Positions 49,428-58,843 of a stretch of DNA of 64,000 nt are shown here, piece after piece; the stretch's first letter is position 1; every line of letters begins with the position of its first letter. The notes below the pieces were generated by a model that ran no database searches, was not told the origin of the DNA, and saw only the letters and a program-made list of their open reading frames with translations. A program made the position numbers and the translations under genes. This stretch comes from an uncultured delta proteobacterium (GTDB taxonomy: Bacteria > Desulfobacterota > Syntrophia > Syntrophales > Smithellaceae). The DNA is taken from the NCBI GenBank assembly GCA_963726395.1, contig CAVSCG010000027.1, positions 26,328-90,327 on the forward strand. The letters are read 5' to 3'.

Positions 49428-50516
49428 TTACGTGAGTCCTGGAATATCGAGAGAAAAAGATTCCCCTGATTCGGTGGTAATCAATAGGTGCCCAGTAAGG
49501 CCATCGCGACGAGAGTCTATAACGATCTGGGCATCTGGGTAAAGCTTTTTTATCGCTTCGATATTCTTATTGCTAAGGCCGCGAAAATTCGACAGGTCGC
49601 GTTTGGCAATCTGAAAGTGCAATTTCCGGACATGCTTCGGAATATCGCCGAGCAATTTCAAAGTGGCTGAATAAAAAATGGCCGAATAGACCAGGCTACC
49701 AAAAGACGGATGGAACGGCCCTGCCAGCACGGCGCCTTCTTGATTCATCTCCGGCGTCGTCTGCAGACCGAAACGGATGATGCGAATGCCTTCCGGCGCA
49801 AGTTTTTCCCAGGCCAGACGGCACCACTCCACCGACTCGTCAAGGCCGAGCGGTTGATAGCGCCCCTCGCGAAATTCATCGGCCAGCGGTGTGTCCTGAA
49901 AAACCAGCACGGGATGGATGCGTGCGGTATCCGGCCGAAGTTCAACGGTGCGGGCAAGTGTTTCCATAAAGATTTCCCGGGTGTCGCGCGGCAGGCCGGC
50001 CATCAGGTGCAGGCCGGTTTTGAAGCCGTGCGCCTTGAGCAATTTTATTGCTTTGACGGTGACTTGGGCATTATGACCACGCCCGGCGAAACGAAGGACT
50101 TCATCATTGAAGGATTGAGCACCGAGTTCAATAGTCCGAACGCCATACGTGTGTAAAAAAATAAGTTGGTCGTCGTCAATGTAATCCGGTCTTGTGGAAA
50201 TCCGGATCGAGTCCACCTGTCCTTTTTGAATATACGTATCGGCCCAGGATAAGAGCCGCTTTTGATAGTCAGGTGTAAGTCCGGTAAAACTGCCTCCATA
50301 AAAAGCGATCTCTACGCCACGCAGCTTGTCTTTGTTCCAGAGGAGATAGGAGGCGACTTCGCCATCAAAAATATCTTTTGTAATTTCGTGCGCGAAATTG
50401 CCGGCGGCAATCTTCTGATTGCAGAAGATGCAGTGTTGCGGGCATCCGCTGTTCATGATGAAAATCGGAATAATCAGCGGTTTTTCAGCCTTACGGGTTT
50501 CAGGTGCCGTTTGCAT
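49428..50516 (-). CDS. Radical SAM domain protein (ELP3/MiaB/NifB superfamily)
   Basis: CPQHCIFCNQ CxxxCxxC motif. An internal Met (MQTAPETRK) is preferred as the start because the longer ORF (to 50603) overlaps rnc extensively. Confidence 0.7.
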   Translation of the reverse strand: MQTAPETRKAEKPLIIPIFIMNSGCPQHCIFCNQKIAAGNFAHEITKDIFDGEVASYLLWNKDKLRGVEIAFYGGSFTGLTPDYQKRLLSWADTYIQKGQVDSIRISTRPDYIDDDQLIFLHTYGVRTIELGAQSFNDEVLRFAGRGHNAQVTVKAIKLLKAHGFKTGLHLMAGLPRDTREIFMETLARTVELRPDTARIHPVLVFQDTPLADEFREGRYQPLGLDESVEWCRLAWEKLAPEGIRIIRFGLQTTPEMNQEGAVLAGPFHPSFGSLVYSAIFYSATLKLLGDIPKHVRKLHFQIAKRDLSNFRGLSNKNIEAIKKLYPDAQIVIDSRRDGLTGHLLITTESGESFSLDIPGLT

Positions 50517-51216
50517 TTTGCAGACTTTCCCAGGCTTTTTGCGCCGCATGTTTTTGCGCGTCTTTTTTGCTTTTCCCCCGGCCGATTTGCCGGATGTCAA
50601 CACCGACGGCTATTTCGACTTCAAAGGTTTTGTCGTGATCAGGGCCGCTTGAGGTAATCAGGGTGTAAATCGGCGCGGATTTGTATTTTTTCTGACAATA
50701 TTCCTGCAAGGCTGTTTTATAGTCGAAGCATTGAGCGTTCAGCACCTCATCATTCATCACAGGCTTCATGAGCCGCTTGAGCAGCGTTCTGGTCTTGCTG
50801 AAGCTGGAATCGAGGTAAATGGCGGCAATGACCGCTTCGAGCGCGTTGGCCAGAAGCGATTCTTTAGCGCGTCCACCGGAGTGTTCTTCTCCCCGGCCCA
50901 AAAGCAGGCAATCCCCCAGGCCAAGTTTTGACGCCAGATCCGCCAGTGGTTTTTCATTGACCAGTAAAGAACGGATTTTGGAAAGTGTGCCTTCGTCGAA
51001 ATCGGCATGCTTTTTCATCAGCAGGTCGCTCACGCAAAGCCCCAAAACCGCGTCACCCAGAAATTCCAGTCGTTCATTATCGCTCGCGCCCAATTGCGGA
51101 TTCTCGTTGATATAGGACCGATGCGTCAGAGCGGTCGAAAGCAGATCCATATTCCGGAAAGTATAGTGCAGTTTTTCCTGAAGAGACTTGAATCGTTTTA
51201 ATCTGTCGTTATCCAT
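50500..51216 (-). CDS. rnc: Ribonuclease III
   Basis: NERLEFLGDAVL catalytic signature and a C-terminal dsRBD. Confidence 0.9.
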   Translation of the reverse strand: MDNDRLKRFKSLQEKLHYTFRNMDLLSTALTHRSYINENPQLGASDNERLEFLGDAVLGLCVSDLLMKKHADFDEGTLSKIRSLLVNEKPLADLASKLGLGDCLLLGRGEEHSGGRAKESLLANALEAVIAAIYLDSSFSKTRTLLKRLMKPVMNDEVLNAQCFDYKTALQEYCQKKYKSAPIYTLITSSGPDHDKTFEVEIAVGVDIRQIGRGKSKKDAQKHAAQKAWESLQNANGT

Positions 51217-52567
51217 GAATAACCCTGCCTGTCAGTTTGCCTTCCCGATAATCTTCGGTTCTGACCATAACAATTTTATTTACTAAAGATGCGGGGTGTT
51301 TGTCCAGTAATACCGGAAGATAATTATGCGAGAAGCCTTTAGGCAGTCCGGTTTTTTTGTCCTTGGCCTGTTCCACCAGTACCGGCAGTGTTTTCCCCAG
51401 AAACCTTAGAGAAAATGTTCCTCTTTTTTTTACACCAAGCTCCCGCAGGATCGCGGCGCGTTCTTTTTTTGTTTTTTCCGGAACCTTGGGCTGGATGGCG
51501 ATCGCGGCCGTTCCGGGTCTTTCCGAATACGGGAAGACGTGCAAATAGGCTACGGGTAAATCTGCAAGCAGCTTCCGCGTGTTGTCGAATTCCTTTTCGC
51601 CTTCTCCGGGGAATCCGACCATAACATCTATCCCGATTGCAATATCTTCTACCGTCTTTACCACTTTTTCAATGAGCGCGCGGTAGAATGCGTTATCGTA
51701 GCGGCGTTTCATCATTTTTAGAATGGAATCATCACCGCTTTGCAGCGGAATATGCAAATGCGGACAAAGGTTTTCGTGTCGGCCAAAAAGATGAAGTAAC
51801 TCGTCTGATATTTCGTTGGGTTCGATGGAACTGAGCCGGAACCTCGCCCGGGGATTTTTTGATAACAGGGTCTCGAGTGTCCGGGCCAGGTCAGTCTGAG
51901 GTTGCAGATCATGCCCATAATATCCAAGATGGATGCCGGTGAGAACAATTTCCTGATAGTCCTGCAAGATGAAGTCCCGCACGCCGGCAAGCACACCGGG
52001 GAAAGGCAGGCTGCGGCTTTTTCCTCGGGCGAAAGGCACGATACAGTAACTGCAAAACGCATCGCAACCGTCCTGAATCTTGAAAAAAGCGCGGGTGCGC
52101 CCCGCAAGCACTGACGCCGTGGTGGCAGGAAATTGCTTTTGCAGAAAAATATCAGCGGCATAGATCCGATGTGAATTCTGGACGGGATTGCTCAGCAGCT
52201 CGGGAATCCGATGTTTCTGATCATTGCCCACAACAAGGGTGACGCCGTCGATGCCGGCCAGTGTCTGGGACTGTGTTTGCGCGTAGCAGCCGGTCACGAT
52301 GATGCGGGCCCGGGGATTGGCGCGCAACGCCCTTCGAATGAGCTGGCGCGCCTGATAATCCGCAAAAGCGGTGACCGTGCAGGTGTTGATGATGTAGGCG
52401 TCGGCGAAAGCATTAAACGGCACCAGCGTAAAATTTGCAGATTGCAGGTCCCTGGCCAGCACCGCCGTGTCGCACTGATTGACCTTGCAGCCCAAGGTGG
52501 CGATGCCGACTTTCAATATTTTCCTTTCGCTGTTCAATGGCTTTTTATTCCCTTCCTCATCTTTCAT
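51209..52567 (-). CDS. mtaB: MiaB-like radical SAM methylthiotransferase (MtaB type) with a TRAM domain
   Basis: N-terminal TLGCKVNQCDT, radical SAM CDAFCSYCIVP, and a C-terminal TRAM-like region. Assignment within the MiaB/RimO/MtaB family is tentative. Confidence 0.7.
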   Translation of the reverse strand: MKDEEGNKKPLNSERKILKVGIATLGCKVNQCDTAVLARDLQSANFTLVPFNAFADAYIINTCTVTAFADYQARQLIRRALRANPRARIIVTGCYAQTQSQTLAGIDGVTLVVGNDQKHRIPELLSNPVQNSHRIYAADIFLQKQFPATTASVLAGRTRAFFKIQDGCDAFCSYCIVPFARGKSRSLPFPGVLAGVRDFILQDYQEIVLTGIHLGYYGHDLQPQTDLARTLETLLSKNPRARFRLSSIEPNEISDELLHLFGRHENLCPHLHIPLQSGDDSILKMMKRRYDNAFYRALIEKVVKTVEDIAIGIDVMVGFPGEGEKEFDNTRKLLADLPVAYLHVFPYSERPGTAAIAIQPKVPEKTKKERAAILRELGVKKRGTFSLRFLGKTLPVLVEQAKDKKTGLPKGFSHNYLPVLLDKHPASLVNKIVMVRTEDYREGKLTGRVIHG

Positions 52568-52675
52568 CCGGCGCTTTATCTATGAGGCAACTTGTCCTTT
52601 GTCAAGACAAACAAAAAATGGATTTTATGTTGAAAATGAGCTAAATTCTCACCTAACCAATACGGGAAGGGAGAT

Positions 52676-53044
52676 TTGATCATGGAATCTGTTTCAGCTT
52701 ATTTTGCGGCACACCCGGCAGCCTTTACGTTGCTGCTGATTTTTGTCGTCATTATGATTCTGTATTTCATCTTAAAGAAATTTATTAAATTAACTATTGT
52801 TCTTCTTTTTATCATTTTGCTGGTCGGCGGAATTAACCTTTTCAAAGACCCCGCAACCATGCCCGACAAAATTAAGAAATCCGTTGAGACATTGAAATCA
52901 GGCGGAGAACAGATCATGGATAAGGTCAGCAATTTATGGCGGGATACCAAGGATCTGGCCGGCAAAGCAAAAAAAGTTCCCGGTGATATCAACAAAATGC
53001 TGGATACAGCCGACAAAGATGTCCAAAAAAATTTCAAGAAATGA
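52676..53044 (+). CDS. Membrane-anchored hypothetical protein
   Basis: Two N-terminal TM helices and a K/D-rich soluble tail. Confidence 0.45.
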   Translation: MIMESVSAYFAAHPAAFTLLLIFVVIMILYFILKKFIKLTIVLLFIILLVGGINLFKDPATMPDKIKKSVETLKSGGEQIMDKVSNLWRDTKDLAGKAKKVPGDINKMLDTADKDVQKNFKK

Positions 53045-53050
53045 GCTTTT

Positions 53051-54571
53051 CTATGTAATAAAAAGATCATTCGTCGAAAAATTCGGGTCGGTGGTCAGAT
53101 TGACGCCCATGCGCCTGAGCCCCGCCTCATCGCCGGGTGTGGGAATATGGGTCATATGAACTTCACAGTTTTGCAATTCCTTTAATTTTTCCAGGGCCAG
53201 TTCCGCTGCCGGATTGGTGGTCGCGCTGATGGCGAGCGCAATGAGTGCCTCTTCCAGGTCGAGGCTGACATTTTTTTCATCCAGAATTTCAGTTTTTAGT
53301 TTGCGGATCGAGTCGGTGATGTTGGGCGGCAATAGTTTTATTTTATTAGGGATATCCGCCAGGTGTTTGATCGCATGGATCACTACACTGGATGCTGCGT
53401 GCATTAAGGGAGAGTTACTGCCGGTGATAATGGAGCCGTCGGCGAGTTCGATGGCCGCGCCGCAGAAGATGCCTTCATTCCCTCTATTGCGTTCCACCGC
53501 TTCCTGTGCCGCCTGACGCGCCGGCAGCACTACACGCCTGTCTTCCGGTTTTAGATTAAAATCATTAAGAAATAATTCTACGCGTTGTACCGTCTCTTTA
53601 TCGGAAAATCCCATGGCATATTCGCAGCGATAACGGAAATACCGGCGGATGATTTCCTGTTTGGATGCTTCTTTGGTGATGTCGTCATTGATAATGGCAA
53701 ATCCGGCGCGGTTGACGCCCATGTCGGTGGGCGACTTATAAAATGATGCCTCACCGGTGATCTTTTCCAGAATTCTCTTTAAAACCGGAAAGACTTCCAC
53801 ATCACGGTTGTAGTTAACCCAGGCTTCACCGTAGGCATCCAGATGAAACGGGTCGATCTGGTTGAAATCACGAATATCGGCGGTGGCCGCTTCATAGGCA
53901 ACATTGACCGGATGTTTGAGCGGTAGATTCCAGATCGGAAAAGTTTCAAACTTGGCATAGCCTGATTTGACGCCTCTTTTGTAATCGTGATAAAGCTGAG
54001 AAAGGCAGGTTGCCAGTTTTCCACTGCCCGGTCCCGGGCCCGTGACAATCACCAGCGGTTTGTCTGTGGGGATATGTTCATTGACGCCGTAGCCTTCATC
54101 ACTGACGATTAAATCCACATTGGTTGGATATCCCTTTGTAAAGCGGTGCGTAAAGACCCGGATCCCCCGGCGTTCCAGCTTGTTTTTGAACAAGACGGCC
54201 GAAGGCTGATTTTCAAAACGGGTAATGACGACGCCCATCACGTTAATATTCCAGCCGCGCAGATCATCAATGAGTTTCATCGCGTCCGCGTCATAAGTGA
54301 TGCCGAAATCCGCGCGGATTTTTTTTCGTTCAATGTCGCCTGCGTAAATGCAAAGCAAAATGTTCGCGCTGTCTTTCAGCTCTTTGATAAGACGCATCTT
54401 GACATTGGGATCATAGCCGGGCAGCACACGGGCTGCGTGATAATCAAAGAGCAGTTTGCCGCCGAATTCCAGGTAGAGTTTATTGTTGAATCTTTCAACG
54501 CGCTTTAATATTGATTCAGTCTGTTGTGTAATGTATTTTTCATTATCGAATCCGTTATTGCTTGTGCTCAT
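53051..54571 (-). CDS. DUF1846 (UPF0371) family protein
   Basis: N-terminal GFDNEKYITQQTESILKRVERFNNKLYLEFGGKL and overall length are typical of this family. AAGGAGG RBS. Confidence 0.75.
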   Translation of the reverse strand: MSTSNNGFDNEKYITQQTESILKRVERFNNKLYLEFGGKLLFDYHAARVLPGYDPNVKMRLIKELKDSANILLCIYAGDIERKKIRADFGITYDADAMKLIDDLRGWNINVMGVVITRFENQPSAVLFKNKLERRGIRVFTHRFTKGYPTNVDLIVSDEGYGVNEHIPTDKPLVIVTGPGPGSGKLATCLSQLYHDYKRGVKSGYAKFETFPIWNLPLKHPVNVAYEAATADIRDFNQIDPFHLDAYGEAWVNYNRDVEVFPVLKRILEKITGEASFYKSPTDMGVNRAGFAIINDDITKEASKQEIIRRYFRYRCEYAMGFSDKETVQRVELFLNDFNLKPEDRRVVLPARQAAQEAVERNRGNEGIFCGAAIELADGSIITGSNSPLMHAASSVVIHAIKHLADIPNKIKLLPPNITDSIRKLKTEILDEKNVSLDLEEALIALAISATTNPAAELALEKLKELQNCEVHMTHIPTPGDEAGLRRMGVNLTTDPNFSTNDLFIT

Positions 54572-54797
54572 GCGAATTTATTGCGCCTCCTTGGGGTTGT
54601 GCGATTGTTTTCATCTAGAGCGAAAATGTTCGTATAAAATACAATGATGTATTTTAATCAATACAGTTTTGTTCCATATATCAATTGGGATTTTTTATCC
54701 AAAAAAAAATGGTCCAATCATCTTAAACAGAGGAAAAATTTGCAGACAAACCCATGGAGAAATGGGAAAGCTCAACCGGTTGAAGAGGTTACCATTA

Positions 54798-55208
54798 TTA
54801 CATTAAATTAATTTCCATTGCGCGGACGGGGCAGGCGGAAACGCAAAGTTCGCAGCCGTTGCACTTTTCAGGATCAAACAAGACTTTTTGTGTCTGTTTT
54901 TCGAAACATAAGGCGCCGGTTGGGCAAAATCCTGTGCATGCGCCGCAGTGGACGCATTTATCGACATTCTGAAACACGCTTTTGGCAAGAGACTCAACTT
55001 TCAGTCCCATTTCTTTCAGAAAACGGATGCCGTGGTCGAAATCTTCTTTTTGACCGGAGAGTTCCAATACAATCACGCCTTCACGGCGCGGAAAGATTCT
55101 TGCTTTGAGAATATTAAAGACAAGGTTGTGTTTTTGGGCCAGCAGATAGATGATCGGCTGCTGGACGATTTCCGGTGTATAGCGAATAACTATTTTTTTC
55201 GAGTACAT
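54798..55208 (-). CDS. NIL-domain protein fused to a 2x[4Fe-4S] ferredoxin
   Basis: N-terminal NIL-like segment (QPIIYLLAQKHNLVFNILKARI), then CVHCGACTGFCP and CNGCELCVSACP. Confidence 0.75.
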   Translation of the reverse strand: MYSKKIVIRYTPEIVQQPIIYLLAQKHNLVFNILKARIFPRREGVIVLELSGQKEDFDHGIRFLKEMGLKVESLAKSVFQNVDKCVHCGACTGFCPTGALCFEKQTQKVLFDPEKCNGCELCVSACPVRAMEINLM

Positions 55209-55325
55209 AGCCTAAAAAGTGATAACCCTCCGATTTTGCGGCATGTTAAGAGATGCAACGCATAATGTCAAGGCAATAGTTGCGCTGCGCCCGTGATCTT
55301 GCGTATTTCAGTGATTGAGCCGGAA

Positions 55326-55796
55326 TTATGACTTGTCTTCCTGCTTTTTTTGGGTATCGGCGGGAAACAGATCAAATAGAGACTTGAAGGGCGCCAGGCC
55401 GGTCATTGCCTGGGGATTCATTTTGGGATAATTTTCGCCATACTCGAGCCACTTTTTGAACTGATCATCAGCCATATTACGGTACAAAAGATAATTGCGA
55501 ATGGTTTGCTCGAGATATTTCTCAAAAAAATCCGTGAGCACATTTTCGCCATACTGGATAATCAGGTAGAGTAGAGGAGTAGGTAACAGGAACTTCTTTT
55601 TGCGCGCCTCTTCCAAAACAATTTGCGTCAGAATTGCCGGGGTGACGTCTTCACCGGTTTTAGCGTCCGTCACCTGAATCTGACGGCCCTGACGGATGAT
55701 TTCGGTCACGTAATCGAGCGTAACATAAATACTTTTTTCAGTGTCATAAAGTCTGCGGTTGGTGTATTTTTTTAACAGCAGGATGTTTTTATCCAT
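55326..55796 (-). CDS. phaR: PHA synthesis repressor PhaR
   Basis: N-terminal LLKKYTNRRLYDTEKSIYVTLDYV... matches the PhaR DNA-binding domain signature. Confidence 0.8.
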   Translation of the reverse strand: MDKNILLLKKYTNRRLYDTEKSIYVTLDYVTEIIRQGRQIQVTDAKTGEDVTPAILTQIVLEEARKKKFLLPTPLLYLIIQYGENVLTDFFEKYLEQTIRNYLLYRNMADDQFKKWLEYGENYPKMNPQAMTGLAPFKSLFDLFPADTQKKQEDKS

Positions 55797-55972
55797 ATGA
55801 TCTTCCTTTTTCTTTTCTTATGCAATTATTTTAAATATTGCAACATAAAATTATTATCGTTATCCACGATAATGAGGGTTTATTATTGTAAGTACTTGTA
55901 AAAACTATAATAAATAAAATATAACGCTTGGGAAGTAATGGATAAAAAATATTGCAATGCAACAATTTCTCA

Positions 55973-56000
55973 TTGACAAAGGAAAAATGCTGGTTATATT
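55973..56000 (+). promoter_or_regulatory. Putative sigma-70 promoter for the phasin-like genes
   Basis: TTGACA (55973-55978), a 16-nt spacer, then TATATT (55995-56000), about 33 nt upstream of the ATG at 56033. Confidence 0.4.
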
Positions 56001-56032
56001 TACGGCAAGACAAAACAAAAAAAGGAGAATTT

Positions 56033-56332
56033 ATGATGTATAGCAAAGAAATGACAAAGCAAATGATTGATGGTCATAAGACCGCTTTTGAGACGGGCTT
56101 TACTTCGATAGTCATGTTGCAGGAGCAAACTTCGAAGGCGGTGGATCATTTTATAAAACAGTCTCCGTGGATTCCGGTTCAAGCCAAGTCAATGATCAAC
56201 GAATGGACCGGTATGTATAAAAAGGGCACGATGGATATTAAGGATGCTGTCAACCAGAACTTTGCAAAGCTGGAAGAATTTTTAACGTCAGGCCTTCAGC
56301 CGATGCAATCAAAAGCAAAATCAAAAAATTAG
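56033..56332 (+). CDS. Phasin-like protein 1
   Basis: AAAGGAGAA RBS. Paralogous to the next two ORFs (shared K..F(E/D)..F....V.QE.T.K pattern) and adjacent to phaR. Confidence 0.55.
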   Translation: MMYSKEMTKQMIDGHKTAFETGFTSIVMLQEQTSKAVDHFIKQSPWIPVQAKSMINEWTGMYKKGTMDIKDAVNQNFAKLEEFLTSGLQPMQSKAKSKN

Positions 56333-56348
56333 GTAAGGAAGGGCGGCC

Positions 56349-56744
56349 ATGAATTCCGCAACGATGATTGAACAAATTCTGGATTTCAATAAAAAGGCAT
56401 TTGACGATAGTTTTAACACTATGGTTGCCGTTCAGGAACATACCGAAAAGATAGTTCTCGATTGCTGGAGAAAGTCCGAATATTTTCCGGAACAGGGTAA
56501 AAAAGTTGTCGGCGATTGGCTTCAGAGTTATAAGGATGGGTTGGATGAGTTCAAGGCGAGTGTGGACAGCCGTTTTAAACTTGTTGAAGATTATCTCCAG
56601 AACGCTGCGATCAGATGGAATCGTCGTTCAATACTGTGGTCAAGCAAACACAGTCAGTTAGCCCTGCAGCTGATCGGACAACGAAAAAGTTTGCCGCTGA
56701 TGAAAAAAAAAGTAACTCCCCGCGAGTCGGTGGTAAAGGAATGA
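56349..56744 (+). CDS. Phasin-like protein 2 (C-terminus possibly frame-shifted near 56610)
   Basis: ILDFNKKAFDDSFNTMVAVQEHTEK parallels paralog 3. The alternative-frame tail ADQMESSFNTVVKQTQS... looks more protein-like than the annotated tail. Confidence 0.5.
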   Translation: MNSATMIEQILDFNKKAFDDSFNTMVAVQEHTEKIVLDCWRKSEYFPEQGKKVVGDWLQSYKDGLDEFKASVDSRFKLVEDYLQNAAIRWNRRSILWSSKHSQLALQLIGQRKSLPLMKKKVTPRESVVKE

Positions 56745-56815
56745 AAGCTGAACCGTAAGAGAACAGACAAACAATAACAAACAACAAACAACAAACAAAA
56801 AGAAGGAGGAAAAAA

Positions 56816-57076
56816 ATGGAACCCAAACAGATTGCAAAACAAATGGTGGATTTTAACAAGAAAGCATTTGATAATTCATTCGAAGCGATGGCTGTTATTC
56901 AGGAACAGACTGAGAAAATGGTGGCAACAATGATGCAGCAGACAGCTTTTTTCCCGGAAGAAGGCAAGAAGTTGATCAATGACTGGATGAAAACCTACAA
57001 GAAAGGCCGTGAAGAATTCAAGGCGGCTGCGGATGAGAATTTTAAAAAAGTTGAAACATATTTTGCTGCAAAGTAA
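56816..57076 (+). CDS. Phasin-like protein 3
   Basis: MVDFNKKAFDNSFEAMAVIQEQTEK, with a strong AAGGAGG RBS. Confidence 0.55.
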   Translation: MEPKQIAKQMVDFNKKAFDNSFEAMAVIQEQTEKMVATMMQQTAFFPEEGKKLINDWMKTYKKGREEFKAAADENFKKVETYFAAK

Positions 57077-57093
57077 AATAATAATTGAAAAAA

Positions 57094-57126
57094 GCCGCCG
57101 CGACAAACCGCGGCGGCTTTTTTTCG
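57094..57126. terminator. Bidirectional rho-independent terminator
   Basis: GCCGCCGCG-acaaac-CGCGGCGGC, a 9-bp GC stem with an A-tract before and T7 after, between convergent genes. Confidence 0.8.
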
Positions 57127-57144
57127 TTTCAGCAATAAAAGCAA

Positions 57145-57578
57145 TTACGATTTTGCTGCTTTGGGCGGGCTGACGAGTCCTTCGCCTGAAAGCACAATCA
57201 CGCCGTCCTGATTGCTGCAGGTGGTTTTTAACCGGACACGGTTTTTTTCCGGTATTCAATTCCAGAATTTCAACCCGTGCCGGTAATGGTGTCACCGATG
57301 CGCACCGGTGCGAGAAAACTCAAATCCTGTTTCAGGTAGATGGTTCCCGGGCCGGGCAATTGATTGGCGATAATGGCGGAAATAAATCCCGCCGTGAGCA
57401 TCCCGTGTGCGATGCGGGTTTTGAAAAAAGTGTTTTTCGCGTAGTCCTCATTAACATGTGCCGGATTAAAATCGCCGGTGATGCCCGCGTATAAATAAAT
57501 ATCTGTTTCCGTCACCGTTTTGGCGAATTCCGCCACATCTCCAACTTTAAGCTGATCAATACTTTTTCCTGTAATCAT
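57145..57578 (-). pseudogene. MaoC-like (R)-specific enoyl-CoA hydratase (PhaJ type), 2 frame breaks near 57230-57275
   Basis: ORF 57270..57578 (GDFNPAHVNEDYA..., IAHGML) continues through VEILELN and then PEKNRVRLKTTCSNQDGVIVLSGEGLVSPPKAAKS* in other frames. One break lies in an A7 run. Confidence 0.7.
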
Positions 57579-57650
57579 GAGAAACTACCTCCTTATAGGC
57601 TTAAGAACGCAAAAGCCACATCTTGTGAGATGTCAGGCTTAGAACCAGCT

Positions 57651-58700
57651 TTTATCTCCAGATATTATCCTTCAAATCCTTGATATCGTCCTGCATGACC
57701 ATATACTGCAGGCGTTGTTGATGGCCAGTCCGCCCTGATAGGCCAGAGCCGTCACCAGCAGGACTTCATCTTCCGTGAAATTCTTTGCCGGCTACTGTAA
57801 ATATTGAGCACGCCAATGACATTGTCCTTGGATTTAATCGGAACATACAGCATGGAAACAATGCCTTCTGCTTTTTTTTCTTTTTTATACTGAATTCCCG
57901 TATCCTTAAAAACATCTTGAATGGCGATGGTTTCTCCTTTCAGGGCTTCGGCAATGTTTTTATCCGCCGCGATCGGTCCTTTATTGAGATATTTTTCGCT
58001 TAAGACCGAAACTGGCAACCAGTTTCACGGTGCGTTTGTCTTCATCCAGCAGTCTTACCGAAGCAGCTTTGATATCCAGATCTTCAACCAGTATCCTGGG
58101 TCATGGCCTGCAAAATATTTTTGACATCAAGACTTGATGATATGCTCGCGGCCAGTTTCAGAAATATCTGTGATGTGATTGCGCAGTTTTCGGATCAGAT
58201 TGGCGTTTTCAATGGCGGAGCCTCCCTGCTCGGCCAGAATGGACAGAAAATCTATTTCATCTTTGGTGAATTTGCGGATATCTTTGGTATAAAGGCTCAA
58301 AATGCCCAGCATTCGGCCTTTATCCATGATCGGCACGGTAAAAATCGAACCGATGCCTTCCGCTTTTTTCGCTTTATGATTCATCAGCCGCTTATCCGTT
58401 GTGGCGTCCTGAAAATACATGTAACCGTCTTTCAGCAACTGCGGACTGATTTTAATGGCGTGAGCCGGTCCCTGCGTGGATGTATTTTTCGGAAAGTCCG
58501 ACCTGGGCCACCGCGGCATTCTGAATGGAATCTTCCGAATCTTCATCTCTTCAGAAAGATGACAGCCGCCTTGGCCTTCAGATGTTTCCACCGCCGCAGA
58601 AACAATCAAGTTGCAGCATTTTGTTCTGATCTTCCGTTGTAGCCCATTTCTCTGCTTAGTTTACTTAAAGCTCGAAAATAACCTTCTTATCAGTTGACAT
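57651..58700 (-). pseudogene. Tandem-GAF-domain protein, at least 8 frame breaks
   Basis: GGGAGAG RBS and ATG at 58700. GAF-like segments (ORF 58127..58609, ORF 57752..58018) are joined by SLDVKNILQAMTQDTG-LVEDLDIKAASVRLLDEDKRTVKLVASFGL, and the sequence ends ...QYMVMQDDIKDLKDNIWR*. Confidence 0.6.
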
Positions 58701-58843
58701 ATTCTTCTCTCCCTTTTTTATATAGCTTCAAAATTTTTTGATGAGTGATAATTTACTATTTTCTAGCGCGGTGCCTGATCGATGATTTTCGGCTTGCTGC
58801 CGCTTTTTACTTCATACTTTCTTTTTTTACCGCAGGCTTTTTC

